Shown here: positions 19,789 to 29,154 of the stretch, one piece after another
How positions within the stretch are numbered: position 1 is the first letter of the stretch
Layout: each line of letters opens with the position of its first letter
Assembly: GCA_033763455.1 (NCBI GenBank)
Contig: JANRKO010000082.1
Span: 14,146-78,145, forward strand
Reading direction: 5' to 3'
Source: Polyangiaceae bacterium
GTDB lineage: Bacteria; Myxococcota_A; Polyangia; Polyangiales; Polyangiaceae
Length of the DNA: 64,000 nucleotides
Position numbers and translations under genes: made by a program
The notes under the pieces: model-generated
The model's database searches: none
What the model was told of the DNA's origin: nothing
What the model saw: only the letters and a program-made list of their open reading frames with translations

Positions 19789-19870
19789 TTCTCGTGGTAT
19801 CCCGGCGCCTCCGGCGGCGAGATTCACTGGGCGGAATGTCTCCAGTTGGGGACTGCCGCACCGGACTCTG

Positions 19871-21934
19871 CTAGCGAAACACTGAGATGGCGTTCCCTCC
19901 CGCGACGGCAAGGGTGCCTCCGTCTCCAGAGAGCGCACATAACCGGCCGAAAGCGCCACCCGCGCTAGATGCCTTGACGTAGGCTTGCGCGACCCAGGTG
20001 CTGCCAGAGCGGGCGAGGACGTATGCCGCTCCGCTGCCCAACGCATCGTTGTTGCTTTGGTTGCCGTTGATGCCTGTCGCATTGCTATCCTCCCCTGAAG
20101 CGCAAGCCACGAGGGTATCTCCATTGTTTGAGAGCGCTACACTTCCTCCGAATCCGTCTCCCGCGCCGAGGTTGGACGCCTTGAGATACGCTCCCTGATT
20201 CCACACGTTGTTGGCGCGCGCATACACGTAGACTGCACCGCTTCCCGCCGCGCCATTGTTCGTTGGATCACCGTTGCTGTCCTCTCCAGATGCGCCAACA
20301 GCCAAGGTCGCTCCGTCTTGAGAGAGCGAGAGCGAGCTACCGAAGTTATCCCCCGCTCCCGTGTTGGAGGCTTTGAGGTAGGCCTGCTGCGCCCATGCTT
20401 CGCCGCTACGAGCGAACAAATACACCGCGCCGCTCGCCGCCGCAGAGTTGTCCGTCTGGCTGCCGTTGCCAGGATTGACGCCGATTGCAGCGCCCGCTTC
20501 GGCGGGGGCCCCAACAGCTAACGTGGCGCCGTCCGCGGACAATCCCAGGGCACCCCCGAAGAAGTCGCCCGCCCCCGCGTTTGAAGCTTTTAGGTAGGCC
20601 TGCTGGGTCCACGTATTGGTTGCACGCGCGAAGACATACACGGCACCGCTTCCCTCCATACTGTTGTCTGTCTGGCTGCCATTTACGCCGGAACTGGCCT
20701 CATCCTGCGCAGTGACGGCCAAGAAAGATCCATGCTGAGACAGCGTGACCGTAGTCCCGAAGCGGTCGAAACCCTCCGTGTTCGACGCCTTGACATATGC
20801 TTGCTGGGTCCATGCATTGCCCGTACGAGTGAAGACGTACGCAGCACCGGCGGCGAGGGCGCTGTTGTCGCCTTGGCTTCCGTTGACACCTTTGGCTGCG
20901 CTGTCCTCTGCGGGTGCTCCCACCGCTAACGTGTCGCCGTTGCCCGATAGCGAGACCGAGAAACCGAAAAAATCCACAGGTTCGGTGTTCGAGCCCCTTA
21001 AGTAGGCCTGCTGGCTCCAGGTGGTTCCGGAACGAGTGAACACGTAGACGGCGCCGCTGTAGTCGTCCAGTGTCGCGTTGCTGCTATCCTGAAACGCTCC
21101 GACGGCTAGCGTGCTGCCATCATTTGAGAGCGCAACTGCATCGCCGAATTCATAGGCGGCCGCATTCGAAGCCTTAACATACGCCTCCTGACTCATCCCG
21201 CGATTCACGGTTAGCGTGTAATTCTGGCTCGGATGACCATCTTGGCTCACCACAATTGTGATCGCGTTGGCGCTGAGGTTCAGAACGGGCGACGTCCAGC
21301 TTGCACCGGAAATGACAGCCTGACCCGCGATTGTCACCTTTGCGTCCGTTGGTACGGTCGGAGTCAACGTGATTGTCTGCGCGCCGAGGCCAACTGCGGC
21401 CGAGTAAACGGTTACATCAGCGCTCAATGCTGGAGTTAAGGTTCCGCTCGATAGTGTCAATGCGGTCAAGGTCGGGGTGCACGCCGTGGCGCCTGTGCCG
21501 ATGTAACCGGGAGGGCAAGCTCCGCAGGTTGGAGCCGCGCCCACGTTGTCTGTGCAAGTTGCTAGTGGGTCGCAACCGCCGTGGTTGGTGCTGCATGCCT
21601 CCGCCCCCACGCTTCCACCTCCAGCGCCGCCCGAAGGGTTCGATACCGAACCGCCCGCTCCAGCAAGGCTTCCTGCGCCCGCTGTCGATCCGGTGCCGCC
21701 CACCGTAGCTTCGCCCCCTCCGGTTCCCATCCCGCTCTGCCCAGCCGCGGACATCCCCGATGAGCCTCCACTCTTAGGCGAGGCCGGGCACGTGTACGTG
21801 GTGGCGCAGTCGGTAAACCCATCATCACAGGCCCCGGTGAGCCACAGAGCGTTCGCTGCGGCGCCAGCGAGAAGCCAGATTCGGGTTTTGGACGTGAATT
21901 TCAGGAAGGAGGCTTTGGTCATCTTGGTCCCCAT
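19871..21934 (-). CDS. Lipoprotein with EGF-like, cadherin-like and FG-GAP (integrin-alpha-like propeller) repeats
   Basis: Lipobox GAC; six-Cys EGF-like segment; LTLSSGTLTPA..Y cadherin-like sandwich; repeated QQAYLKASN...FG..V.LS.DG.TLAVGA. Confidence 0.8.
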   Translation of the reverse strand: MGTKMTKASFLKFTSKTRIWLLAGAAANALWLTGACDDGFTDCATTYTCPASPKSGGSSGMSAAGQSGMGTGGGEATVGGTGSTAGAGSLAGAGGSVSNPSGGAGGGSVGAEACSTNHGGCDPLATCTDNVGAAPTCGACPPGYIGTGATACTPTLTALTLSSGTLTPALSADVTVYSAAVGLGAQTITLTPTVPTDAKVTIAGQAVISGASWTSPVLNLSANAITIVVSQDGHPSQNYTLTVNRGMSQEAYVKASNAAAYEFGDAVALSNDGSTLAVGAFQDSSNATLDDYSGAVYVFTRSGTTWSQQAYLRGSNTEPVDFFGFSVSLSGNGDTLAVGAPAEDSAAKGVNGSQGDNSALAAGAAYVFTRTGNAWTQQAYVKASNTEGFDRFGTTVTLSQHGSFLAVTAQDEASSGVNGSQTDNSMEGSGAVYVFARATNTWTQQAYLKASNAGAGDFFGGALGLSADGATLAVGAPAEAGAAIGVNPGNGSQTDNSAAASGAVYLFARSGEAWAQQAYLKASNTGAGDNFGSSLSLSQDGATLAVGASGEDSNGDPTNNGAAGSGAVYVYARANNVWNQGAYLKASNLGAGDGFGGSVALSNNGDTLVACASGEDSNATGINGNQSNNDALGSGAAYVLARSGSTWVAQAYVKASSAGGAFGRLCALSGDGGTLAVAGGNAISVFR

Positions 21935-22041
21935 CGGCAAGTGGCGGGCTCAGTTGCGGAGTGCCTGAACATAATGGGGGCGTCAACAACCTTGGGTCCC
22001 CAAAGCATACTCGCCATGCCCGACTGCTGCTGCCGCGCGGC

Positions 22042-22251
22042 TTATGCGGCCTCTTCAGCGCTCCTCAGAGTTGGGGCAACGGATGGCTCCACGTAGTCCC
22101 GGATTTGAAGCTCCCCGTTCATAGGCAACGCTTGGAGCTTGATGTTGATAGAGCCGTCGGCGTTCACGAAACCAACGCCTACCTTGTTCCATGTGGAGCG
22201 TTGGTGGTGTTCTGTGATGGCGTAAACGAGTTTCATTTTTTGCTTGTTCAT
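22042..22251 (-). CDS. Small (69 aa) beta-rich hypothetical protein
   Basis: W.KVGVGFVNADGSINIKLQALP.NGELQIRD pattern, reminiscent of small conserved myxobacterial proteins; own sigma54 promoter upstream. Confidence 0.7.
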   Translation of the reverse strand: MNKQKMKLVYAITEHHQRSTWNKVGVGFVNADGSINIKLQALPMNGELQIRDYVEPSVAPTLRSAEEAA

Positions 22252-22335
22252 GTGTCTGCTGGATTCGGGGCGAGCGTTTGGTTTTCATGGCCCAGCCGTC
22301 ACGTAAGCCGTGAATCAACTGGGCAAAGGGGCTTC

Positions 22336-22351
22336 AGCAACGGCCGTGCCA
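22336..22351 (-). promoter_or_regulatory. sigma54 (-24/-12) promoter
   Basis: Minus strand reads TGGCACGGCCGTTGCT, a full match to TGGCAC-N5-TTGCW, 85 bp upstream of the ATG at 22251. Confidence 0.85.
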
Positions 22352-22475
22352 CTCGGAGTGTGGCCTGGGGTCTGGCGAGCCAAGCGCCGGGAAAACCCTA
22401 GCTCTGAGGGTGAAAACCCGGCTTGAGCGCCTTCGGAGACCTTTGGCTTGGTTCCGCAGGTTGAGTGGCGAAAGG

Positions 22476-22515
22476 CTGTCCGATCCTGTTCGACACTGTT
22501 CGAACGCTTGGACAG
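22476..22515. promoter_or_regulatory. Three helically phased CTGTYCGA repeats plus one inverted copy; candidate enhancer
   Basis: CTGTCCGA 22476, CTGTTCGA 22486, CTGTTCGA 22496, inverted TTGGACAG 22508; about 125-165 bp upstream of the sigma54 site. Confidence 0.55.
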
Positions 22516-22611
22516 GCGGGATTTCCCCTAGTCATGCCGGGTGCCCAACATGGGGGAGGTACCGTTCTCCCGCAGTGCGCGGCCGTGCATTGGGATGGGA
22601 TGCAGCCGTTC

Positions 22612-25593
22612 TCAGGGTCGCACTGAGCGCGAGCGACCACGCTCCAAAGCTTTTGGCTTGCCCGCCGTGGGCTTGGTTGCGAGAGTACTCTTGCTTTTAG
22701 GCGACGGCAGCTTTGCTTCGGCTGTTACCTTGGAATGCTTGGACGAGGTGCTGCTCTTGGGTGCTGCGTGTTCCGCCAGCAATGGCGCTAAGAATTTTCC
22801 GGTGTGCGAACGCGGATTCTTGGCGATGGCTTCTGGGGTTCCTTCGGCGATGAGCGTGCCGCCACTGGGGCCACCTTCGGGACCGAGGTCGATCACGTGA
22901 TCGGCACACTTGATAACATCAAGGTTGTGCTCAATCACGATAACGGTGTTGCCTGCTTCTACGAGCTCTTGGAGTACGAGGAGTAGCTTGGCGGTATCTT
23001 CAAAATGGAGGCCGGTGGTGGGCTCATCAAGGATGTAGAGGGTGCGGCCTGTGGCTTTGCGGGCGAGCTCGCGCGAGAGCTTGATGCGCTGGGCTTCGCC
23101 GCCTGAAAGGGTGGGGGAGGGTTGGCCGAGGTGCAGGTAATCCACACCCACGGATTCGAGGAGCTGTAGCGGTTCAGCGATGTGGCGATGGGCTGAGAAG
23201 AGCTCGCGTGCTTCGCGAATGGTGAGGCCCAGAACGTCCGCGATGGAGCGGCCTCGGTAGCGCACTTCTAGCGTGGCGTCGTTGAAGCGGCGGCCTTGGC
23301 ATTCTTCGCACTTTACGAAAACGTCCGGAAGAAAATGCATTTCGATTTTGCGCACGCCATCGCCCTCGCAGGCTTCGCAGCGGCCTCCGGGAACGTTGAA
23401 CGAGAAGCGCCCGGGCGAATAGCCGCGCACTTTGGCGTCCGGCACCTCGGCGAATAGCTTTCGGATTTCGTCGAATACTTTGACATACGTGGCCGGGTTG
23501 CTGCGCGGCGTGCGGCCGATCGGATGTTGATCGATGTTTACGACTTTATCGAGTTGGTCGATACCGTCGATACCCGCGTGTGCGCCCACTTTCTCTTCGG
23601 CTTGGTTGAGCTTGTTGGCGAGCACTGGATGCAAAATGGAGCCAATGAGTGAAGATTTGCCGGCTCCCGATACACCTGTGATGACGGTTAAGGTGCCAAG
23701 CGGAAACGCAACGTCGAGGTTCTTGAGGTTGTTTTCGCTGGCTCCGCGCACGGTGAGCCAACCACTCGCGGTCCGTCTTTCGGTTGGAACTTCAATGCGT
23801 TTTCTGCCTGAAAGATAGGCACCTGTGAGCGAGGCTTCGCAGCGCCCCAGCGACTCCGGTGTACCTGCATGCACCACTCGCCCACCCAGGGTGCCAGCGC
23901 CTGGCCCAAAGTCGATCACGTAGTCGGCACGGCGAATGGTGTCTTCATCGTGTTCTACAACCACGACAGTGTTGCCGATGTCGCGCATGTTCGTGAGTGT
24001 GTCGAGTAACTTGCCGTTATCTCGCTGATGTAATCCAATGCTCGGCTCATCCAGCACGTAAATCACACCCGTGAGCTCGGAGCCCACTTGGCTGGCTAGG
24101 CGAATGCGCTGGGATTCTCCCCCGGAAAGTGTGGGCCCGGCGCGGTCCAAGGACAGATAGCCGAGCCCCACAGCCACCAAGAATCTCAAACGATTCCTGA
24201 CTTCCTTGAGTACCTCTGTGGCGATCTCCTGATCGGTTTTGGAGAGGGAAATCGTAGTGAAAAACTCTGCCGCGCGCTCAACCGTCATGCCGGCAACATC
24301 TACGAGCGTCTTATCGGCCACCGTGACCGCAGCGCTTTCCCGCTTCAGGCGTTTACCTTCACAGGTGGCGCACACGCGATCGGCCAAGTATTTCTGTAAC
24401 CATTCTTTCTTTTTCTCGCTGCCCGGTTGCCGAAAGCCCTTCAAAAGGCGCTCCAGTAAGCCGTCCCATTTGGTATCGAAGGTGCCGCGCCCGCTCCCGC
24501 CTTTCCAGGTAACGCGAAAGCTTCGCTCCCCTGTCCCCTCTAATATCATGCGTTTTTGCGCAGCAGGCAGCTTCTTCCAGGGCACCTTGGTGCTGATGCC
24601 GAGCTGCTTCAAGATCTGCCCGCGAAAGCCGTGGCTCCAACCGATCTTCTTGGAAACATCCGTACCCCAAGGATCGATCGCACCTTCATCGATAGTTAAC
24701 GCTGGATCTTTGATCAGTCGCTCCGGATCGATTTGCATGCGGGTGCCAAGCCCGTTGCAATCGAGGCACATGCCTTGAGGGCTGTTGAAAGAAAATGCCT
24801 GGGGCGAAAGCTCCGGGAAAGAGATGCCGCAGTGGGCGCAGGCGCGGCTCTGGCTGTAGGGGCGATCCCCATGGGCTTCGGTGTGGGCGATGAGGTTGCC
24901 ACTGCCTTCACGGAGAGCGAGCTCTACCGATTCGGTGAGTTGGGGGAGCAACTCCGGGCGTAACACGAGCCGATCGATCACGGCTTCCACCGTGTGCTTC
25001 TTCCGTTTATCGAGGGCTTCGAGCCCAGCCGTTTCAACGATGGTGCCGTCCACGCGGAGGCGCACAAAGCCGCGCTGCCGTGCTTTTTCGAGTAATTCAC
25101 GGTGTTCGCCTTTGCGGTTCACGAGCAGGCTGGCTAGCAAGATCAAACGGGTGCCGTTCGGGAGCGCGGCAAGATCTTGAGCAATCTGTTGGGGCGTTTG
25201 GCCTGCTACTTTGCGACCACACTGGTGGCAATGCTGCACGCCAATGCGCGCGTAGAGTACACGCAGGTAATCTGAGATTTCAGTGATGGTGCCCACCGTG
25301 GAGCGGGGGTTGCTGCCTGTGGTCTTCTGCTCAATCGAAATCGTCGGAGAAAGCCCGCGCATGGCGTCGAACTTTGGCTTCTCCATGCGACCGAGAAACT
25401 GACGAGCATAGGCCGAAAGGGATTCGACGTAGCGGCGCTGACCTTCGGCGTAGAGTGTGTCGAAGGCAAGCGAAGACTTCCCCGAGCCAGAAACTCCGGT
25501 TAGCACCACCAGCTTCTTCTTGGGGATGCTGATATCTACCGACTTGAGGTTGTGCTCTCGGGCGCCCCGGATTTCGATGTGGTCGAGCTCCAT
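22612..25593 (-). CDS. uvrA: Excinuclease ABC subunit A
   Basis: IRGAREHNLK, GVSGSGKSSLAFDTLYAEGQRRYVESLS, zinc fingers, LSGGE.QRI twice, second Walker A GVSGAGKS. Confidence 0.98.
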   Translation of the reverse strand: MELDHIEIRGAREHNLKSVDISIPKKKLVVLTGVSGSGKSSLAFDTLYAEGQRRYVESLSAYARQFLGRMEKPKFDAMRGLSPTISIEQKTTGSNPRSTVGTITEISDYLRVLYARIGVQHCHQCGRKVAGQTPQQIAQDLAALPNGTRLILLASLLVNRKGEHRELLEKARQRGFVRLRVDGTIVETAGLEALDKRKKHTVEAVIDRLVLRPELLPQLTESVELALREGSGNLIAHTEAHGDRPYSQSRACAHCGISFPELSPQAFSFNSPQGMCLDCNGLGTRMQIDPERLIKDPALTIDEGAIDPWGTDVSKKIGWSHGFRGQILKQLGISTKVPWKKLPAAQKRMILEGTGERSFRVTWKGGSGRGTFDTKWDGLLERLLKGFRQPGSEKKKEWLQKYLADRVCATCEGKRLKRESAAVTVADKTLVDVAGMTVERAAEFFTTISLSKTDQEIATEVLKEVRNRLRFLVAVGLGYLSLDRAGPTLSGGESQRIRLASQVGSELTGVIYVLDEPSIGLHQRDNGKLLDTLTNMRDIGNTVVVVEHDEDTIRRADYVIDFGPGAGTLGGRVVHAGTPESLGRCEASLTGAYLSGRKRIEVPTERRTASGWLTVRGASENNLKNLDVAFPLGTLTVITGVSGAGKSSLIGSILHPVLANKLNQAEEKVGAHAGIDGIDQLDKVVNIDQHPIGRTPRSNPATYVKVFDEIRKLFAEVPDAKVRGYSPGRFSFNVPGGRCEACEGDGVRKIEMHFLPDVFVKCEECQGRRFNDATLEVRYRGRSIADVLGLTIREARELFSAHRHIAEPLQLLESVGVDYLHLGQPSPTLSGGEAQRIKLSRELARKATGRTLYILDEPTTGLHFEDTAKLLLVLQELVEAGNTVIVIEHNLDVIKCADHVIDLGPEGGPSGGTLIAEGTPEAIAKNPRSHTGKFLAPLLAEHAAPKSSTSSKHSKVTAEAKLPSPKSKSTLATKPTAGKPKALERGRSRSVRP

Positions 25594-25650
25594 GCGGCGC
25601 ACGCTACACCTGAGCCTCAAAACGGGCCAGGCGTAGCCGCAAATCCGCGA

Positions 25651-26778
25651 TTACTGGGGGAGCTTCGGCTCTTCTAGCTTGCCTTCGCAATCCAGGGATT
25701 TCAGAAACGCCACCAGCGACCCGAGCTCGCTCGCTGAAAGCTGGCGATCGGTGAGAAGGGGCGATTTGTTCTTGTTTGCTGCCCCGCCCGTAGCCATGAA
25801 TTTTACGGCTTCTTCCAACGTGGCCACCGAGCCATTGTGGAAGTACGGTGCACTGCGGCTGATGTTGCGCAAAGTAGGCACCTTGAAGGCAGCCCAATCA
25901 GCGGGGTTTTCGCTCACCTTGGAGCGACCGATGTCAACCTTCTCTTCCGGGATGCCTTGAGTGCCCATTCCGGTGTTGAAATAGGTGCCGCTCGCAACGG
26001 TGTACGCACTCGAAAAGAACGGCGGCGCGTGACACATTACGCAACCGGCTTTGCCCATGAATAGGCCGAGACCTTCTTTCTGCTCGGCTGACAGTGCTTG
26101 GGCTTCGCCTTTCGCGAAACGATCATACGCGGTGTTGTTGCACACAAGCGTGCGCTCGTAGGCGGAGATAGCTTGGGCCACTGTGTCCACCGTCAGGCCT
26201 TCTTTCGGGAAAACTTTGGCGAAGGCCTGTTTGTAGCCCTTAATCTTGGAAAGCTCCTTGGCTTTCTTCTCAAGATTATCCTTGCCAACGCCTAGGTTCC
26301 CTCCTGCCCAGGCGCCTTTCATCTGCGCTTCCAAGGAATCTGCGCGCCCATCCCAATAAAAGCGCGGAAGGTAGCCCACGTTCCACATCACGGGGCTGTG
26401 GCGGGTGAGCACTTTTGACTCAGGACCAATTGCCAATGGCTCGTGCCCGCCCGTGCCGTCTTCGTTCTGGTGGCATGTGTAACAAGCTCGCGTTCCATCC
26501 GAGCTCAATCGCTTGTCGAAAAATAGCTGATGCCCGAGCGCGATTTTCTCAGGGGTTTGAGGGTTGGTCGCGGGGATCTTCATTTCTCCGAGATCAGAAA
26601 TGAGCGTTTTCGGGTCGATCTCCGCGGGCTTCGCACTCGCCGTGACGGCCGCTGTTGCTGCAGGGGCAGAAGGCTCCTGCTTTGGCGGCTCCTTGCGCGC
26701 GCAACCGAGAAAGGCTAGCGCTGCCAACAAACTGAAGCCAACCCGACCAGCCGCGAACGGCTTTTCTGTTTCCACCAT
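25651..26778 (-). CDS. Di-haem cytochrome c peroxidase / MauG-family lipoprotein
   Basis: LG..LFFDKRLS, CYTCH, FYWDGRA, CVMCH, FKVPTLRNI..SAPYFHNG; lipobox LGC. Confidence 0.9.
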   Translation of the reverse strand: MVETEKPFAAGRVGFSLLAALAFLGCARKEPPKQEPSAPAATAAVTASAKPAEIDPKTLISDLGEMKIPATNPQTPEKIALGHQLFFDKRLSSDGTRACYTCHQNEDGTGGHEPLAIGPESKVLTRHSPVMWNVGYLPRFYWDGRADSLEAQMKGAWAGGNLGVGKDNLEKKAKELSKIKGYKQAFAKVFPKEGLTVDTVAQAISAYERTLVCNNTAYDRFAKGEAQALSAEQKEGLGLFMGKAGCVMCHAPPFFSSAYTVASGTYFNTGMGTQGIPEEKVDIGRSKVSENPADWAAFKVPTLRNISRSAPYFHNGSVATLEEAVKFMATGGAANKNKSPLLTDRQLSASELGSLVAFLKSLDCEGKLEEPKLPQ

Positions 26779-26868
26779 GGCCGCCTTTTACTCTCTCAGC
26801 TCTGTGGACTCAAGTTTGCGTGAGGGCTTCGCTCCTCTGCGGGTTGTTTGCATGGCTTCCGGAACGGG

Positions 26869-27417
26869 TTACGGCCAACGTTTGAGCCACACCAAGATTG
26901 CCCCACGCCCACCGAGCTCAATGGGTGCGGAAGCAAACGCCAATACCAAATGAGCGTAGCGCAGGCTCAGCGCCTCAATCGTGGCATCCCGCAACACTGG
27001 GCCACGCTCACCTGAGTGCAGCCCACGCCCACAGACGATAAGCAGGCAGCGTGCGCTTCTCTTCTCGGCTTCTTGGAATAGGTGATCCAACGCCTGCTCG
27101 GCTTGCGCCCGCGTCTTACCGTGCAAATCGAGACGCACGCTGGGACGGAGCCCTCCCTCTTTCAAACGGCGAGCATGCTGGCGATCGCCGCCATTCTGAA
27201 ATCCAACCACCGTTTCACCGTCGTCCTCGACGGTGAACTCGTGAGTAGCTCCGCTGCTCACGTTGGGCGATGGGGTGCTCTTGGGTGCAATGCGCCGTAG
27301 CTCGGCTGGGCTTGGCCGCGAAGGGGGCACGCGCTGTGGGCGATTCGCTAGGGGCTTCACACCGCCCAGGGCCATTTTCAGCCAATCCTGATCTGGGGGA
27401 GCCTTCTTGGATGCCAT
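26869..27417 (-). CDS. Smr-domain endonuclease (SmrA/SmrB-like)
   Basis: GVKPL N-terminus; RLDLHG, LLIVCGRGLHS, GGRGAILVWL. Confidence 0.85.
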   Translation of the reverse strand: MASKKAPPDQDWLKMALGGVKPLANRPQRVPPSRPSPAELRRIAPKSTPSPNVSSGATHEFTVEDDGETVVGFQNGGDRQHARRLKEGGLRPSVRLDLHGKTRAQAEQALDHLFQEAEKRSARCLLIVCGRGLHSGERGPVLRDATIEALSLRYAHLVLAFASAPIELGGRGAILVWLKRWP

Positions 27418-27601
27418 GCGCGAGCGTGCGCACACTATGCAACATAGGGTGCCGGGTGTCATGCGGCCTCGTGCAGCGCAGAGTGAATCCTTTTGAAACT
27501 TTTCCGAAGCGAAGCTGTCCGTACCTGAACAGAACAGCCAATTGGGTGCGTGCCAACTTAGCGCGGGCTCAGCGGGCGAATGGCTTGAAAGGGAGACCAA
27601 T

Positions 27602-29083
27602 ATGTCAGAGCTGGTGCGTCGCGCTGCGACGGATATGCGGGATGATGTCGATCAGAGCGTTGCGGTGTCGCTTCAAATCATCGTGAATTGGGGCGCCTCC
27701 ACACTGGAAGTTACTGAGCTATGTCCGCCGGAAAAGTTCGTTGTGGGGCCTGCAGAAGGGGAAGGTTGGGAGGGGTTTTCGCCGCCGGAAGGGGCTTTCC
27801 GGGGGGCGCCGTTTGAGCTCGTTCAAGTGGAAGATAACCAGGTGTGGTTGGTGGTGCCCAATGAGGCCAGAGCCACCGTGCGGTGGGCGGCAAGGGGCCA
27901 GCTTTACTCCGAAGAGTTACTGCCTGTGCCTGGGCTTTTGTCGGAATCAACACCGGCTGATGGGCGCGGCGCCCGCCGAGTGCTATTGCCAATGAATGGG
28001 CGCGCTTCGGTTCACGTCGGCGGGTTTTCTTTTTTTGTGCACCTGGGTGAGCGCGTAAAGTTGCCCGTGGGTGCTGTGGCGGGTTGGGTGGAGCGAGACG
28101 TGGCGGGTTACTTTGCCGCCTCCGCCGGGTTGGCTGCGGGTTTTTTGGGGCTCGCTGCGTTTTTTATGCCGCCACTTGGCCTTACGGACGGCGAAGGCAC
28201 GGAGCAAGAACAGGTAATGCTGATGCAGCAGTATCTGCAAAGCCAAGCAGAGCGTGAGCGCTTGCAGGAGCCGAACGCGGGGAGCAGTTCTGGGGCAGCT
28301 TCAGAGGCAGCATCGGAGGCGGCTCCAGGTGAAGCGGGCAAGGCTGGCACGCTCAGTGCGCACTCACCAGTTACGCGCTTGACCCGTAAACGCGACGACA
28401 GCGCTCAACCTTCGCCGGCGATGTCACGGGCCGAAGCCATCGAAGAAGCAAGAACGTTCGGCACCATTTCGATCCTCACAGGTTCTGCTTTCAGCCACGT
28501 TTCGCCTGAGTTTGCGCGAAACTCGGCGCTTGGGGAGGCCGATGCGGACAAGCTCGGCAGCATGTTTGGAGCGACTTTGGGGGAACAAGCTGGCTCAGGG
28601 ATGGGAACTTCTGGCATCGGGGAGTCTGGCGGTTGGGGGCGCGGCGTGGATATGGGCGACATTCGTATCGGAGATGGTGTGCCGCGAGGGGCCCGGGACC
28701 CGGGTCGGTTCATCGGCATTGGAGATGGTCCTTCAGGAGGTCACAAGGTCAGAGTTCCGCGCATGCGACCAGAGGGAAGCACGATTGTGACTGGCCGCCT
28801 CCCGCCCGAGGTCATCCAACGCACCGTGCGCCAAAATTTCGGTCGTTTGCGCATGTGTTACGAGCGCGGGCTCACGCGGAATCCCAATCTTGCGGGGCGC
28901 GTGGCGGTGCGTTTCGCGATCGATGCCCAGGGGAGCGTTATACATGCGAGCGCGGGCGAATCTTCCTTGCCGGACAGCGAAGTGGCCTCTTGTGTGGTTT
29001 CGGCGTTCTACGGGCTGAGCTTTCCTGCACGAGAGCAGGGCATTGTGAAGGTTGTGTACCCCATCGCGTTTTCCCCCGAATAG
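27602..29083 (+). CDS. AgmX/PglI (GltG-like) membrane protein with a TonB-C-like C-terminal domain
   Basis: Cytoplasmic N-domain, single TM, Gly-rich linker, GRLPPEVIQRTVRQNFGRLRMCYE...FP....V.V.YP..F. Confidence 0.8.
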   Translation: MSELVRRAATDMRDDVDQSVAVSLQIIVNWGASTLEVTELCPPEKFVVGPAEGEGWEGFSPPEGAFRGAPFELVQVEDNQVWLVVPNEARATVRWAARGQLYSEELLPVPGLLSESTPADGRGARRVLLPMNGRASVHVGGFSFFVHLGERVKLPVGAVAGWVERDVAGYFAASAGLAAGFLGLAAFFMPPLGLTDGEGTEQEQVMLMQQYLQSQAERERLQEPNAGSSSGAASEAASEAAPGEAGKAGTLSAHSPVTRLTRKRDDSAQPSPAMSRAEAIEEARTFGTISILTGSAFSHVSPEFARNSALGEADADKLGSMFGATLGEQAGSGMGTSGIGESGGWGRGVDMGDIRIGDGVPRGARDPGRFIGIGDGPSGGHKVRVPRMRPEGSTIVTGRLPPEVIQRTVRQNFGRLRMCYERGLTRNPNLAGRVAVRFAIDAQGSVIHASAGESSLPDSEVASCVVSAFYGLSFPAREQGIVKVVYPIAFSPE

Positions 29084-29154
29084 CCACCAAGAACCCTGGA
29101 AACCCTGTGTCGAAGGGGGGCGAACCACTTCGCTATTTGAGGAGCACCCAAGCC

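Noticed and set aside
22488..22501. GTTC-N-GTTC as a LexA box near uvrA
   Set aside because: Spacing is N6 rather than the alphaproteobacterial N7, and it lies downstream of uvrA; it fits better as a sigma54 enhancer.
4375..27417. MutS-like ATPase plus Smr protein as a split MutS2
   Set aside because: The genes are over 20 kb apart, and stand-alone Smr proteins are common.
28633..29154. 174-aa N-terminal extension of the VWA ORF overlapping the AgmX-like gene
   Set aside because: RBS, ATG and lipoprotein signal at 29155 define the real start; the extension is an open off-frame of GC-rich DNA.
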